Source: the human T2T-CHM13v2.0 reference genome, Homo sapiens
Assembly: GCF_009914755.1 (NCBI RefSeq)
Contig: NC_060933.1
DNA length: 64,000 nucleotides
Strand: one strand, 5' to 3'
Part shown: positions 25,411 to 38,985 of the stretch, piece after piece
Layout: each line of letters starts with the position of its first letter
How positions within the stretch are numbered: the first letter of the stretch is position 1
Notes under the pieces: model-generated
Databases searched by the model: none
What the model was told of the DNA's origin: nothing
The model's input: only the letters and a program-made list of their open reading frames with translations
Position numbers and translations under genes: made by a program

Positions 25411-27092
25411 AGGGTAACAGCCAAGAGGGCTGGATTCAGAATAGATGTCTCTATCAAGGAGTGGGTTATGGCTAGTGGCTTGGAACGAAAACCACGATGG
25501 CAATTTGGGCTGCAGCTTTGTTTTTATGGGTTGCCAGCACATATCACAGGGGCTAGCATGCAGGGTGAGAGATCCAACTTAATCCTCTAGCCACTCTGTG
25601 CAGGAAGGGGGCTAGAATTTGTATCCCCATTTGAAAATAAAGTTTTACCTGCCTCTCTCTACCTATGGCTATCCACTTCTTTCCACCCCTCCTGAATCTC
25701 TGGGCTGCTCCTCCCTGAGGAGACGCACATTTTCTATTTCTGGACCTCGCTGATGATGACACTGAACCTGGCCTATGCTCTTTCACCCTTCTCTTTCCTC
25801 TCCTGTTAACATGCTTGACTTGCTTGGTTACTCTGGGTCTTCCCCTGTTTAGCTTCTGGAGCTCAACTCCTTTTCTTCTTTTATTTTTCACCAACTATAA
25901 CAGCAATCATATCAAATAACTACACACAATACAGTGACAGTGAGCCAGGATCCACCTTTTACCTGCATCATGAAAGTGGATCCTCGCAACATTGTTCTGA
26001 TGCTCAGAGAAGAAAAGAAATGTGTCTGATGGCACATTAATACTTTTAATTACCAACACTCCAACCTGGTTCTCCCTGGCTCCAAAGCCCTAAGAAATTC
26101 CTCCTTTTACTCTAAAAAAATCTTCTCCTCCAGGGGCATCCTCTTTCCCTGCCACTCACCCTGAACTTCCAGCAGACAAAGAAAAAGCCACTTCTAATAC
26201 GTTCTCTCTACCATGGTCTTTTCTCTTTCTCAATAAATTCATTTAAGAGTAAAATGTTTGATGGACAGTTTAATAGAGCTCTCCTTAAACCTGGCCACAT
26301 TAATGATTTCTGGCTGGCTAAATGTCAACTTCCATAGCTCAATAGCTATTTTCCTTCTTCAACAATCAGTGTTTTGCTTGGGGTTCTTTATTTGGTGGAC
26401 AGGGTATAGTGTTTTAATGGGCCATCCCTAAGTCAGTGGGCCTGAGGTTTAAGCTAAACTTACTGTGTGACCTTGAGCAAGTCATTTAACGTCTCTAGAC
26501 CTTAATGACTATAAAATGATGACAGTGATGCACAGACCTGCCTACATGTTATGAGAGAGTATTTCATTGTATCTATAGTGTTTTTTAAGTTCCTTAAAGA
26601 GGGGGCCAATGCATATAAATAAACATGTTAGCCACATTGCATTCTTATTTTTAGATCTAAAAGTACAAATTTTCTCTTTACAAAAGATCAGTTTGCTACC
26701 CTAATGCCACATTTGGATAATGCAAATGTATTCTGTCCACAAAACTTGTAATGATCTATAATTTTTTGGAAACTTGCAATTGTGTTTTTCTTTGAGGGAC
26801 CTTTTCATCTCTTTTTTAGCTAATGTAAACTAATATAAACTGAACTAACCTCTATCAGAAATAAAAAAGAAGGTTTATCCTGATTCTTCCATATACTATA
26901 TGCCATATACATTATCACTCCTGCATTATAGATCAAGAAATTGAGTCTTAGAGATGTTAAGTAACTCTTCCAAGATCATACAGCAAGCAAGTAGCGGAGT
27001 TGGGACCCAACTCTATGCTTTTAATCAGCAAGAAATAGTGACTCCAAATGGATGGGTCATGGGTCTAGAGGAGGTCAGGGCAATGTGATTTG

Positions 27093-27164
27093 GGGGACAT
27101 CTGAGCAATAGGGGCATCTTTACTACCAGGGGAACATCTGAGCAATAGGGACATCTTTACTACA
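27093..27164. repeat. ~37-bp tandem duplication
   Basis: ACATCTGAGCAATAGGG(G/A)CATCTTTACTAC x2, period 37. Confidence 0.95.
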
Positions 27165-28631
27165 GGTTGCAGAGTGAATTGGAATGGTTAAAGCCGTGGA
27201 ATCTGTGTAAAAACCCGTAAGCAACAATCACTTCTTTTTTTCAAAAATATTTTCTTACTTTTAAATTCCCTGACTCTGGCCCAATTCCAAAGCCTCCGGT
27301 TATATGTTTAGATAATAAAAGTTGTCATCCTGGGTCCTGTTTGTGTGAAATCACTGCTGCAGCTCAGCCCAACATCCTGTGGGGAAAAGCCAGGGCAGAG
27401 AGCTTGGTGTAAGAGGATAGTCATTATTAGATAATGTCCCAAGACTCCCAACATATATTTTGATATGGTGACTCCTCACCTATTTGGGAATTAGGTAATC
27501 TCACAATCTCACCTGTTCAGAACATGATCTGAATAGTGCAGTAACGCTACCTCCAAAGAGAGAGACCCACCCAAGCACTTAAATGCTTCATCGCATTAAA
27601 TCCTCACAACCAATCTTTTTTGCCAAGAAGGAAACAGAAGCTCACATAGCCTGAGTAACTTGCTTAAGGAGACACAGCTAGTAAGTGGCAGAGCTGATCC
27701 GTCTACCCCAGATCCATGATCTTAATCACTATGTTAGATGGAAAACAAAGAAAACAACCACAGCTGCACAACCAAAGAGATCATTACCAGCCCAGGTGTC
27801 TAATGTCAAGGCAAGTACCTCCTATTCTTGCTTGGAGTTTCTTTACACTGACTTCACCACAGAAGTCTAACCTGCATTGTCTTCTAGAAGGCACAAGGCT
27901 TGCAGGAGGGTGCAGACACAAGCACGATGAGAACTTAACCGAAAGAGCAATCACAGGACTGGAGATGAGATCTGGGTTTTCCTTCTGGCCAGTCCACTAA
28001 CTCACAACACTTGGGTTTTCAGCAGGGAAGTGAAAAGTTTGACTAAGCGGTCTCTGAGGATGCTTTGGGCTTCAGAGGATATAAAGAAAAATAAGACACA
28101 ATCCTTGTTTTTGAGGAACATACAGTCTCCTAAAGGAAACAGATGAAGCATACAACTATAAAACAAGACAGACAAAAAGTAGTGTTTTATAGAGGAAGAG
28201 GTGGAGTGTTTTTCATGGGAGCCAAGAACGTAAGAATTCATTCCAAACCAAAATAGATCATAGTGCAGTTTCTATTGCAAGAACAGTGTGTGTCCTTTTT
28301 TTTAATGCTGAATTATAGTCATTGCTCTCAGATTAATGGTATAGGATAGACTAGACCATTGGATAAACAATTTTGTTAAGTGCAAAGTGCTTAATACCTC
28401 AGTTATATAGATAATTCATCTATCCAGAAAGTCTCCTTCTTGGCCTTTTCCAGGCAATCAAGGTTTATAGCCCAATAGCTCAATGTTCCTACAAAAGGGG
28501 CTTGTACTCAGTAATGGCTCTGGATTGTTCTGTTATAGAAGCCAATTTATTTTATCCTTGTGAAATAAAATCCAGTTGTCTTTGATTCCCTCTTCTGAAT
28601 CACATCTAATTTGATTCTTTATTGGAATTGG

Positions 28632-28663
28632 TTTCTTTCTTTTTTTTTTTTTTTTTTTTTTTT
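28632..28663. repeat. Poly(T) tract (T24 core)
   Basis: Read directly; no retroelement body recognised next to it. Confidence 0.9.
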
Positions 28664-29224
28664 GGTCTGATGTTTCATGAATGGCCCAGAACCAATATCG
28701 AAGTGAGTTAATGTAATTGGAAGGGGCTTCTGAAACCAAATGAAAACCCAAGAGCCCTTGGAGAATTAGGGGACCTTAAGGTTTTACTCCTGCCCCAGCA
28801 GGGGGATCAGGCAGAGACGAAAGACCCTGCCCCCAGGTAATGAAGTGCTCACTGTAATCTGTAACCCTGACCCAACATCTCAGGACACATTGAAAACTTT
28901 CATTCTATTTTTAATGGTCCATGAATTTTCTCATCGCCAAGGCTTCATATCCTGTGCCCTCTGACTGGCAGACACATCCAATCCACCTGCTCCACCCCCC
29001 CAGCCCTCAAAATTATACTAGTAATTCATAATTATTTTCTACTGATCTGTCACTCTCTCCAGAATGTCTTCCCTGATGCCCCTAAGTCTGGGTGAGGCAC
29101 CTCCTCTGGGCCCATCAACACATCTATAGGCCTATCAACCTGCTGTCCTAACCATCTGTTCCTCTGTCTCCCTTGATAGACTCTAAGTCCCCTGAGGGCA
29201 GGGATGACTGCTGCCTCATTCACC

Positions 29225-29415
29225 CACATTCTGCCACTTACAGCTGTGTGACCTCAAGAAAGTCATTTAACCTCTCTGAATCTGTTTCCTTATCTGGAAA
29301 CTTGGGATGATAACATAGGAATTTAGAATGAATTAAATATTAATACATACATGCAAAAAGCTCATGACTGAGTCTGGCACACAGCAAGTAGACAATAAAT
29401 GCCAGCTCCTGTCAT
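29225..29415 (+). mobile_element. MIR nested in an L2 3' end (L2 ~29060-29500)
   Basis: 'ctgccacttacagctgtgtgacctcaagaaagtcatttaacctctctgaatctgtttccttatctg'. Confidence 0.85.
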
Positions 29416-30624
29416 TACTTACCATTGTTTAGCCAATGCTCATCACAGTGCTTGTTACAGAATTCTCACTCAATAAATATTTTCAGGGAAGAATTCATGA
29501 ATGCTCTTCTTTACAGTAGTCGCTGTCCATCTTAGACCAGCTGGGGCCTCAGAAATCAGCTGATATATGTTTCCTTTTGCATTTATTTTTTATTTTTATT
29601 TTTTAATTCAGGAAGGTACACAGGGTCATAAAAATGAAAGAGGCTTGTACCCATGCTTGCCTTAAATGGAATCACCCAGTCTTAAAATGTTGTTGTACAG
29701 GGAGAAACACCAAAGCCCAGAAAAGGGAGGCGACTTCCTCAAACACAGATGGTCAGGGTATGGGGAAAGAGTTAAATAAAATAACGCACGGGAAGCTGTT
29801 AGCACGATGCTTGTTGTTCCTGCAGTGAGACTGGACACTTGCTGGCTATTACCCTCCTTGCAGCATCCCCACTCTCTCGTCCCCTCTGCTAGGTGGCCCC
29901 AGGAAGCGTTGGGTACCTTGTCCTTGAAACCCACAGCCCTTTCCATCCCTCTCTCTTTGACACTTGTAGGAATGTGGGAACAGATCCAGGTGAGACACGT
30001 AGTAGGAACACAGTCACATTTGGGGGCTTAGCTTGTGCTCAACCTTGCCTTGGATAAGTAAGTGCATTGGATTTCTTTTGGCCAGAGAGTGGAAAAGCCT
30101 TGCCTTTGGATATCGTCATATCAGAGAAAACTTTGGCCTGCAATCACATACAACAACTGCTAATGTGGACTGCAAGCCTGCTACATACAGCATTCTCTGC
30201 GTGCGCCGCACCCCCTCCATCTCCCTAACATCATCTCCATCCTCACTCTGCAGATGTGGGAACTGAAAGCTGAGTGGTTGCAGGCTTTGATTGCAGCTGC
30301 ATGGCTTGTGAGGGTTTGAACCCGCATGGGTGGGTCTAGGTCAAAGCTCATAGTGCCATGCTCAGCTGCCCCTTGCAGGGTTGCCCCCTCATTCCCCTCC
30401 CCTCCAGGACTTTAGGAATCCCAGGCCCCCATGCCTCCTTGGTTTCAGACTTTGTGTCTCATTATAACTTTGTGATCTGAATCTCTGATGTAAGCATTAA
30501 TATTTTTTCATCCTTATTCTTGACCCTAAACATAATAATTATTGCTCTAATTCCCTGTAATAACAGACTCCTGGGAAGTGGAAAAGGACTTGGCAGTTAC
30601 CCTCATCAACTCCATCCTTACTCA

Positions 30625-30800
30625 ACAAGCACGGCTCCTTCCCTGGTTATATATCAAGATCTGCTGGGTGTTTTTAAAAATACAGATGTGTGGGCTCCAT
30701 CCCTGACCCCCTCCCCCAACTAAATCAGAAATTTGCTGGGGTCAGGGTCAGATATCTCTATTTTAAAGAGTCCCCTGTGCCTTCAAAGGGCAAGAGTTCT
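30625..30800. mobile_element. MER5-like hAT-Charlie fragment
   Basis: 'tttttaaaaatacagatg...gggctcca...ctaaatcagaa...tctattttaaagagtcccc'. Confidence 0.6.
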
Positions 30801-30952
30801 CTACTCCAAGGATGAGAGTCAACCTTCGAAGTCAGTTATCCTTGGACTCATTGTTACCCCCACTGTTTATCAGTCCTGTGACCTTGAGGGAAATGTGTGA
30901 CCTCTCTGAGTAGCCATTTCCCAATCTATGAAATGAGAAGAAAAAAATTCTT

Positions 30953-31249
<297 letters not shown>

Positions 31250-31429
31250 GAAAAAAATCTTGGGTTGTAGAGACGTTAGAAAACCTAACTTCCTTAGGCT
31301 GGCAGAGCACAGGACATGTAATAGACATTCAGTAAACCAAGCCCCCTTCCACTCTTACAGTAATTGTATTAGTACAGGCTACTTGGTCTTTTACTCCTAT
31401 AAGTCAAGCTAAACAGGTCAAGTACTAGC

Positions 31430-31640
31430 AGACTGATGTTGAAGTGAGAGCTTTAGGTACAAGTCCAGCTTCCCTTCTTAATGCCTTTGTGACCTTGGAT
31501 AAATTGCTGAGCCTCAGTTTCCTTATCTGTGAAATGAGACTGATGTCACATACCCCAGAGGGTCCCAGTACACATTAAAAGAGACTGAGTGTATAATGCA
31601 TTTAGCACAGAACCTCGTCCATAAGAAGTGCTAGGTACAT
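31430..31640 (+). mobile_element. MIR SINE
   Basis: 'tgtgaccttggataaattgctgagcctcagtttccttatctgtgaaatgag'. Confidence 0.85.
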
Positions 31641-32544
31641 GAAAACTAAAATGAACAGCATTCACATCCGTTTCTGTTGCCCGCATTTTATAATTCAGTA
31701 AAATCAAACCAACCACTTCCATTGACTCGGACCATGAGTGTTTAGAGACTAGACCAGAATTTCAAGGACTTGCAGTCTTCCAGGTGCCAAGTTAACAGAT
31801 TTTTGTTTTTAAACTATAGGGATTTAGGACTTAATCCACAGGAAATGGGTTTGGCAAGGCACCATAAGAACCAACACAACTTCTAACCCAATTTCTGTCC
31901 AGGCCTTTATTCACTGATGCAAAATTAATTTAACAGTCATCTCTGGCTGGGGCAGCTCCAGAAAAAAAGGGTGGTCAGTTCCAAAGCAAAAGATAGAGGG
32001 AACGAGCACGTTAGACAAAAGTATCAAGATCCAAAAAGATCGGAGCAGGTCTGAGAAACAAGCCAAATCTAACAGGGTGGAATTTAACAGGGACAGATGC
32101 ACAATAAATGCTGCTTTGGGACAATGGTAAATCCTGTTTCTAGGTCCTGAAAACCAGGCCCATAAACGCAGGGCAGGAGAATTATGCCATTACTGGCGTC
32201 AATGCTCAGTTAGCCAATGACAGTCAGATCTTCATGTCCCAGTTACTCTGGAGTCATGGTTGAGATTTGAACTGTGGGGCTAGCCTGCTTTCACCATTTA
32301 CCAACGAAATTATTTAACTCTCTCTGCCTCTGTATTCTCATCTAGAAAGTAGGGATATACTTGTTTCTAACTTACAGTATTGCTGAGAGAATTAAATGGT
32401 ATAATGCATGGGTCTGGTCCGAGAGATGCAAAGAACAATAAAGCAATCCCTCATTAAGGAAGGCACAGTCTAGCAGGAGAGACTGACACATAAGCTATCA
32501 GGTGCTATTCAGTGTGCTGAGTCTTTGCCCAAGATGTCATAGAG

Positions 32545-32765
32545 CAGAGGCTGGCAAATTACAGCCCACTGGCCAAATACAGCCCACTATCTCTTTTTAT
32601 AAATAAAGTTTTACTGGAACACAGCCACACCCATTCATTTATATATTGTCTATGGCAGCTTTCACACTACAAATGTAGACTTGTGTTGTTGTAACAAGAC
32701 CTTATAGCCCATGATGCCTAAGTGTTTATCACCTGGCTCCTTATAGGAAAGTTTTGCCAACCCTA
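32545..32765. mobile_element. MER58A (hAT-Charlie)
   Basis: TIRs 'cagaggctggcaaa' and 'tttgccaaccctag'; 'aaataaagttttactggaacacagccacacccattcattta'. Confidence 0.9.
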
Positions 32766-32857
32766 GGTATAGAAGAAGAAGTTAACTCTGTCTTAGATGC
32801 CAAGAAAGGAGATAATTTTTGATCTTCTAATGTGTATCGAGTTCTCTAATAGGTGAA

Positions 32858-33182
32858 AATGGCTGGAGGGTAAGGAGATTGATTGGGAAGATGTTGGTCA
32901 AATGATACAAAATTTCAGTTAGACAAGAGAAATACGTTTGAGATCTATTGTATACCATAGCAACTATTGTTAATAACAATATATTGTAGTCTTGAAAATC
33001 GCTCAGAATAGATTTTAAGTGGTCTCATCACAAAGAATGTTAAGTATATGAGCTAATGTATGTGATAATTAGTTCAATTTAACTATTCCACAATGTATAC
33101 ATATTTTAAAACATCATGTACGTGATACATGTATGTGATAAACACATACAATTTTTATGTGCCGATTTAAAATTAATTAAAT
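32858..33182 (+). mobile_element. L1MA (about MA9/10) 3' end
   Basis: 'gatgttggtcaaatgatacaaaatttcagttagacaag...gagatctattgtata...gtagtcttgaaaatcgct...ccacaatgtatacatattt'. Confidence 0.88.
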
Positions 33183-33834
33183 CAGTGAACACGTATTAAT
33201 GAATTTGAGGTTCTATAAGGCTTGATGACTGGCTCAAAGTCACAGATAAGTGTTAGGAGCAGAACTCAAACCTGGACTCCACACTGCACACTCTTTTCAC
33301 TGTCCCAGGAGCATTAAAGTAACCAGACAGCATATTTATGAAGGGTATTGAAGGGTGAATAGAAGCCTCCCAGGTAGAGATGATGTCTAAAGAATGAAAG
33401 AGGTATCCAAAGATGGTTAAATGAGCAAGAACAAAGTGTCCAAGATGTGAACATATTTTTGAAATGCAAATCGTCGGGTGTGAAGAGATTCTAGAATATG
33501 ACAGCTGGGAAGGGGGATGGGAAAGAAGAAAAGAGTCCACAGGGTGGGCGATGATTGAGGGAAAGCAAAGAACTGTCCACTTGCTGTCAATGATCTCCCG
33601 CAAGGTCTCAGGAACAGCACTCCCACAAAAATGGATTGGGGAGCAATATGTCCGATTACAGACAGTCTGACATCATGGAGCCTAGTTATCTCATTGTACA
33701 GATGGCAAAACAGAGGACCGGAGAAAGAGGAAACCTTGCCCTAGGCCACACTGCACGTCGGTAATAGAGAATCCAGGATCCCAAGATTTGAGTCCAGAGA
33801 TCCTTCCCATCACACCCACGGAAGGGGAGGATTC

Positions 33835-33853
33835 TGCCAGCAGGGGCCGCTGT
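33835..33853 (+). promoter_or_regulatory. Candidate CTCF site
   Basis: CCAGCAGGGGCCGC vs consensus CCAGCAGGGGGCGC (1 mismatch); locally retained CpGs. Confidence 0.45.
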
Positions 33854-35419
33854 GGCCAGCGCGCCTGCGGACTAGGATCCTTGTGCATCTGCAGACAGTT
33901 GATGAAGGTCTCTCGTTTCCCTGGGACTGATTAGGTTCAATTGAATTATCCATCTTGTGCCATGGTGTCCCAGACCCATTTCTGAGGGGTCACCACGCTG
34001 TTTAGGATGAGCGATGCCGGCTGGAGGCCCGCCAATGCACCTGTGGTATTTTGATAACTTCACATATTGCCAACTTCTTAATTTTAATATACAACTTACA
34101 AGCAGGGCAAAGTTTAACTCACTCTAATCAACTGTAAAATGAACTGGGGACTTGCTGTTCCCCTCTAAAGACCTGCGTCTGCATCGTGCTCATCATTAAT
34201 GGTCGTGGAGCTCTCTGCTTGCCGAGATTGGTTATTAATGAGGGCTGGAATTACGGATTTCAATTAAGTACTTTGCACTGGTCCTGAAATGCAGTGGGAT
34301 CCACTCTGGGGAAATATAAATGCTGAGATGAAATACAGTCCTGCCTCCCAACCCCCTGTGTCCACAGGTACCATCTTCTCAGCTCCATCTCTTTCTATAA
34401 ATCTGTGGCAGCACCCTGCAGGACAAAGAGGGTGGGCATTGGGTCCAAGCCTGGGCCACACCATCTGTAGCTTTTTCCTGGAGTCTAGGCTTCCTCAGCT
34501 ACAGCTTGAGTTTATGGAGGGCTCAGTATGTGTCAGGAGCTGGGAGTATAAACACGAATAAACCTGGTTCCACCAGCTGTCAAGTCTCTCTAAGAATGAC
34601 TATAAAGGTCAACATTGGTTAATAGGCATTGATTAAGCACCTACTATGTGCAAGGCATTGTTCCTAAACTGATACCTAGGAAATTTTTCTGGGAAATGCT
34701 TTGAAATCCAACAGAACTGAGTCTAACTTCTGATCCTGCCTGCTCAACCCATAAGGCCTTGGGCAAGTTGCTTAGCCTCTTTGAAACTCAGTTTTTCCCC
34801 CTCTAAAATGGGAACAATAGCATTTTCATTACATGCTTCTAAGGATTAAATATGACAGCCTAAGTGAGGCACCTGGCTTTTCCTGAATGCTCTTTCTTAG
34901 ACCTTTGTGAGGTTATTTACAACAAGAAGGCAGTTCTTTGCTTTCCTTTAACCATTGCACCCTCCGCTGGATTCTTTCTTGCATCTTAGCATCTCCCTCC
35001 CATGCTGTTATAAGTATTTAATAAAAAGCCATTACTATTATTGCCCATCTCCAGATCTTTACTGATCATCTACCATGTTCTCAGACCTAAACTAGGCGCA
35101 TTGGGAAAATGCCTCATCACATGATTAGATAAGAATTTGTTCTCAAGCAATTTAATCTCTAGTTTCAAAAGCAGGAATAACACAAGTTGAGAAGAATTCT
35201 GTATCTGTAACTAATTAAGATTGCTGGTGCCTGGTTGAGAGAAGGGGAGAGGTGGCTAACGCAGACTGGGAAACTCAGGACACTGATCTTGATAGAGAGG
35301 TGAAGCGACCAACCAGAGAGCAGGGCTCCTGGGCCACGAGGCTGGGTGATGTGAGAGGACAAGGAAGCCTGTTCTTGATTGGCTTGCAGGACACCCACGG
35401 AAAAGCCATGGGAGCTGTA

Positions 35420-35612
35420 GCATAATCTGTGGTGTGGTGTGGCAAAGAAAGCTCTGGATGCTCCCAGCTCTCCTATGTGACCTAAGCAAGTCTCTTTTCA
35501 TGTGGGGTCTCAGTTTCTCCATCTACAAAATGGGGAGAATTAATCCAACTTCTTTGTGGGCTTATTGTGAGGATTACATGAAATACAGAGTGTGAAAATG
35601 TTTTGAAAACTC
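35420..35612 (+). mobile_element. MIR SINE
   Basis: 'tatgtgacctaagcaagtc...tctcagtttctccatctacaaaatgggg...ttgtgaggattacatgaa'. Confidence 0.8.
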
Positions 35613-36494
35613 TAAAACCTGTGGGCACATGGAGAAGCAGACAAGCATCACAGGAGTCAGGATGAAACCAGACAAGGCAGTGAACACACACACAGTCAGT
35701 GACTTGAGATCTTCTTCCTTGGGTGTGTGACCCCAAGAACATTCACCTTGGTCCGGGCTGCTGGCTGCAGCTTCAGACCCTGGCTGCCTCCCCTCGGGCT
35801 GGGCAGCATTTGGATCCCTGCTCACAGCCTCAGGCTGCTTCACATTCCAGACGTGCCACTTCCTCCCTCATGCTGTGACGAAGAAAACCACAAACAGATT
35901 TCCCATTAACTCATGAAAGCCTTGCTGCCTGGAAAGCAAAGCCTCCTGCTAGTCCTCAGCACTTTCCCAGGGGAGTATGGGAGAAGGCAGGTGGGGGAGA
36001 CAAGGGCTAAAGGGGAGAGCACAATGCCAGCTCAATTGTCATACTTGGAGGGGACAAACAGCCAAGACCAAAAACCCAAGAAGAAACAGGAGGCAGCGTG
36101 ATTCTCCTGTGCCAACTAAGTGCTGTGCTACCTCTGTATAATGACTTAACCTCTCTGAGCCTCAGATCCTAAAAAAACAAATTGTGCAAGAATATACTTC
36201 AAAAAGAATTTAAAAGCCATTGGCCATTTTCCTGCTGTCTTAACATTTACAACTGACATACAGAGAAGAATTTTGAAGTTATTAAAGCTTATCTATATCT
36301 ATTCTCATAATCAATCTTCAGAGCAAACTTGGGAGTAAAATAACAGAAGTTCATTTGCACACTTTAGAGGTTAGAAAATCCAGGCTCAGAGAGACAGTCC
36401 CCCTCTGTCAGTAGAAGAACTGGGTCACCTGACATCTCACCATATTCTTCAACGTCTTTGCCTCTCTCCCCTGAAAGAAGACTCTTTCTGGACC

Positions 36495-37041
<547 letters not shown>

Positions 37042-37240
37042 AGAGTTTGCAGCATAGGATTACTTTTTATTGATAACCCAGAGAGGGGGCCTGTGAGAAA
37101 ATGAAAAGTCTGTGCACTTGCTCAGGGCCAAATGGATTGAGCCTGATTTTGAAAATGCTTAGGATCCCTTTACTAGGATGGCGGATGAGCAAGAAAAAGA
37201 AGGAAGATTCACACCTCTTTAATCCCATCAGTGCCATAGC

Positions 37241-37697
37241 TGTTGTGGCTTGAACTGCATTCCCAAAAAAGATATGTTGAAGTCCTAACCCCTGATATTT
37301 GTGAATGTGATCTTATTTGGAAATAGGATTTTTGCAAATGCAATCAATATAAGATGAGGTTATACTGCAGTAGGGTAGACCCTACTCCAGTGACTGGTGT
37401 CCTTATAAAAAGAGGAAAATTTGGTCACAGAGATATGTGCAGAAAGAATGCCATATGATGATGGAGGCAGAGATTACAGTGATGTGTTTTCAACCAAGGA
37501 AGAGCAAGTATTGCCAGCAACCACCAAAGCTAGAAAGAGGCAAGGAAAGATTGTCCCCTAGAGCCCTCAGGAGGAGAATGGCCCCACAGGCACCTTGATT
37601 TTGGACTTCTAACCTTCAGAACTATAAGAATTAATTTCTGTTGTTTTGAGCCACCCAGTTTGTACTTTATTTATAGCAGCCCCAGGAAACTAATGCA
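37241..37697 (+). mobile_element. MLT1C-like solo LTR with TSD ATAGC
   Basis: 'tgttgtggcttgaactg...gatatgttgaagtcctaacccc...ggaaactaatgca'; ATAGC at 37236-37240 and 37698-37702. Confidence 0.92.
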
Positions 37698-37897
37698 ATA
37701 GCATTGGCAGAACAGAAAATGAGTGGCATGTGTTACAACCACCAGAATCCACCTCCCCATGATGCTCTGGCCCTTCTGACTGGCAAAGCCTTTGTGGATT
37801 TTGTTGCCAATGTGGTCTATCCCGTGTCTTAGAGATCACACCAAGGCTCATCCCAGTCCAATGCAGAAAAAGTTTATGTAAACATTGTATAAGTATT

Positions 37898-38020
37898 AAT
37901 TTTAGCGACTTCTAAATCTCTTCCCAATTTTGAGTGACTTCTAAATCTCTTCCCGATTTTTCCACCTGCCACCTTCCACCTTTCCAATCTCTTCCTGATT
38001 TTTTCACCTTTCCACCTTCC
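37898..38020. repeat. Nested short tandem duplications (29-bp unit plus CCACCTT low-complexity sequence)
   Basis: GACTTCTAAATCTCTTCCC x2 (period 29); third partial copy AATCTCTTCCTGATTTTT. Confidence 0.85.
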
Positions 38021-38039
38021 AAAAAACTATCTTAACCAC

Positions 38040-38350
38040 CCACATTCACCCAATCATCCACCCATAGGTTAATCATATATTAATATAATATGTCCTACAC
38101 AGTAGGACACAAAAGTGAAGGTGATAACAAGTCCTGTGATCATAGGAAGTTTAGATTCTTAGTGGCAGAAGCTATGGGAAGAAACATAAAATAAACATGT
38201 AATCTGATGAAGAAACAAGTTCAAATATTGAAAAGTGCTACATATTAAGCAAAACCAGGTAAGAGAACAAGAAGGAATGGAGGTGGGGGAGGCCACTTTC
38301 AGTTGGATGGTCATAAAAAGCTATGCTGAAGAAGAGTTTTTGAGACAGGT
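38040..38350 (-). mobile_element. L2 fragment
   Basis: 'cattcacccaatcatcc...gacacaaaagtgaa...aagtcctg...ggatggtcataaaaag'. Confidence 0.55.
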
Positions 38351-38578
38351 GGATAGAACCTTATATATATTTCTGAAAGTCAGTGGATGCTATTACTCAT
38401 GAGGCTCTTCATCCTGTGAGGACTGATATTCCCAATATCTTATATCTTGATTCCATGTCCTCTACCTTTCCACTGGCCCAAACCTTAAAAAAAGCCTGAA
38501 TTCTAGATTTCATATTCCTGGGAGTCAAATATAAATCACTATTTCCCTTCTCTTCCAGTATGCTACACTGTTTATAGG

Positions 38579-38708
38579 CAAGTGACTATATAATTTTTCA
38601 TTCAAACTGGGACACTTCTGAGAAGGGGAGAGGCATTCTGGATCATTACACAGGACAACAGGCATAAACCAGGATGGTCCCAGACAAGCCAGAGTGTAAA
38701 GTGACCCA
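38579..38708. mobile_element. MER94 (hAT-Blackjack)
   Basis: 'gtgactatataatttttcattcaaactgggacactt...ggacaacaggcataaaccaggatggtccc...gtgaccc'. Confidence 0.8.
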
Positions 38709-38985
38709 ATTTACAGGCTGTAACTAGCTCCGAGATCGGTAAACTCAGTTTTTTAATGCAAGTGCTGTATCCCAGATCAATTAGCTAAGATGGAGAGGAT
38801 GGAAGAAAGGTAGATATGCAAATAGCTGTCCAATCAAAGTCACCCAGCCTTAAGGTAAAGGCCTTTGCCTTCCTCCAGATTCACTGCATTCCTGTTACTA
38901 CTAAACTTCTTTAGGATGAGTCATGATACATCAAAGATGCCAGCATGCCCCTCTTCACCTTCTTAATCCTTGGAAAATTACAGCT

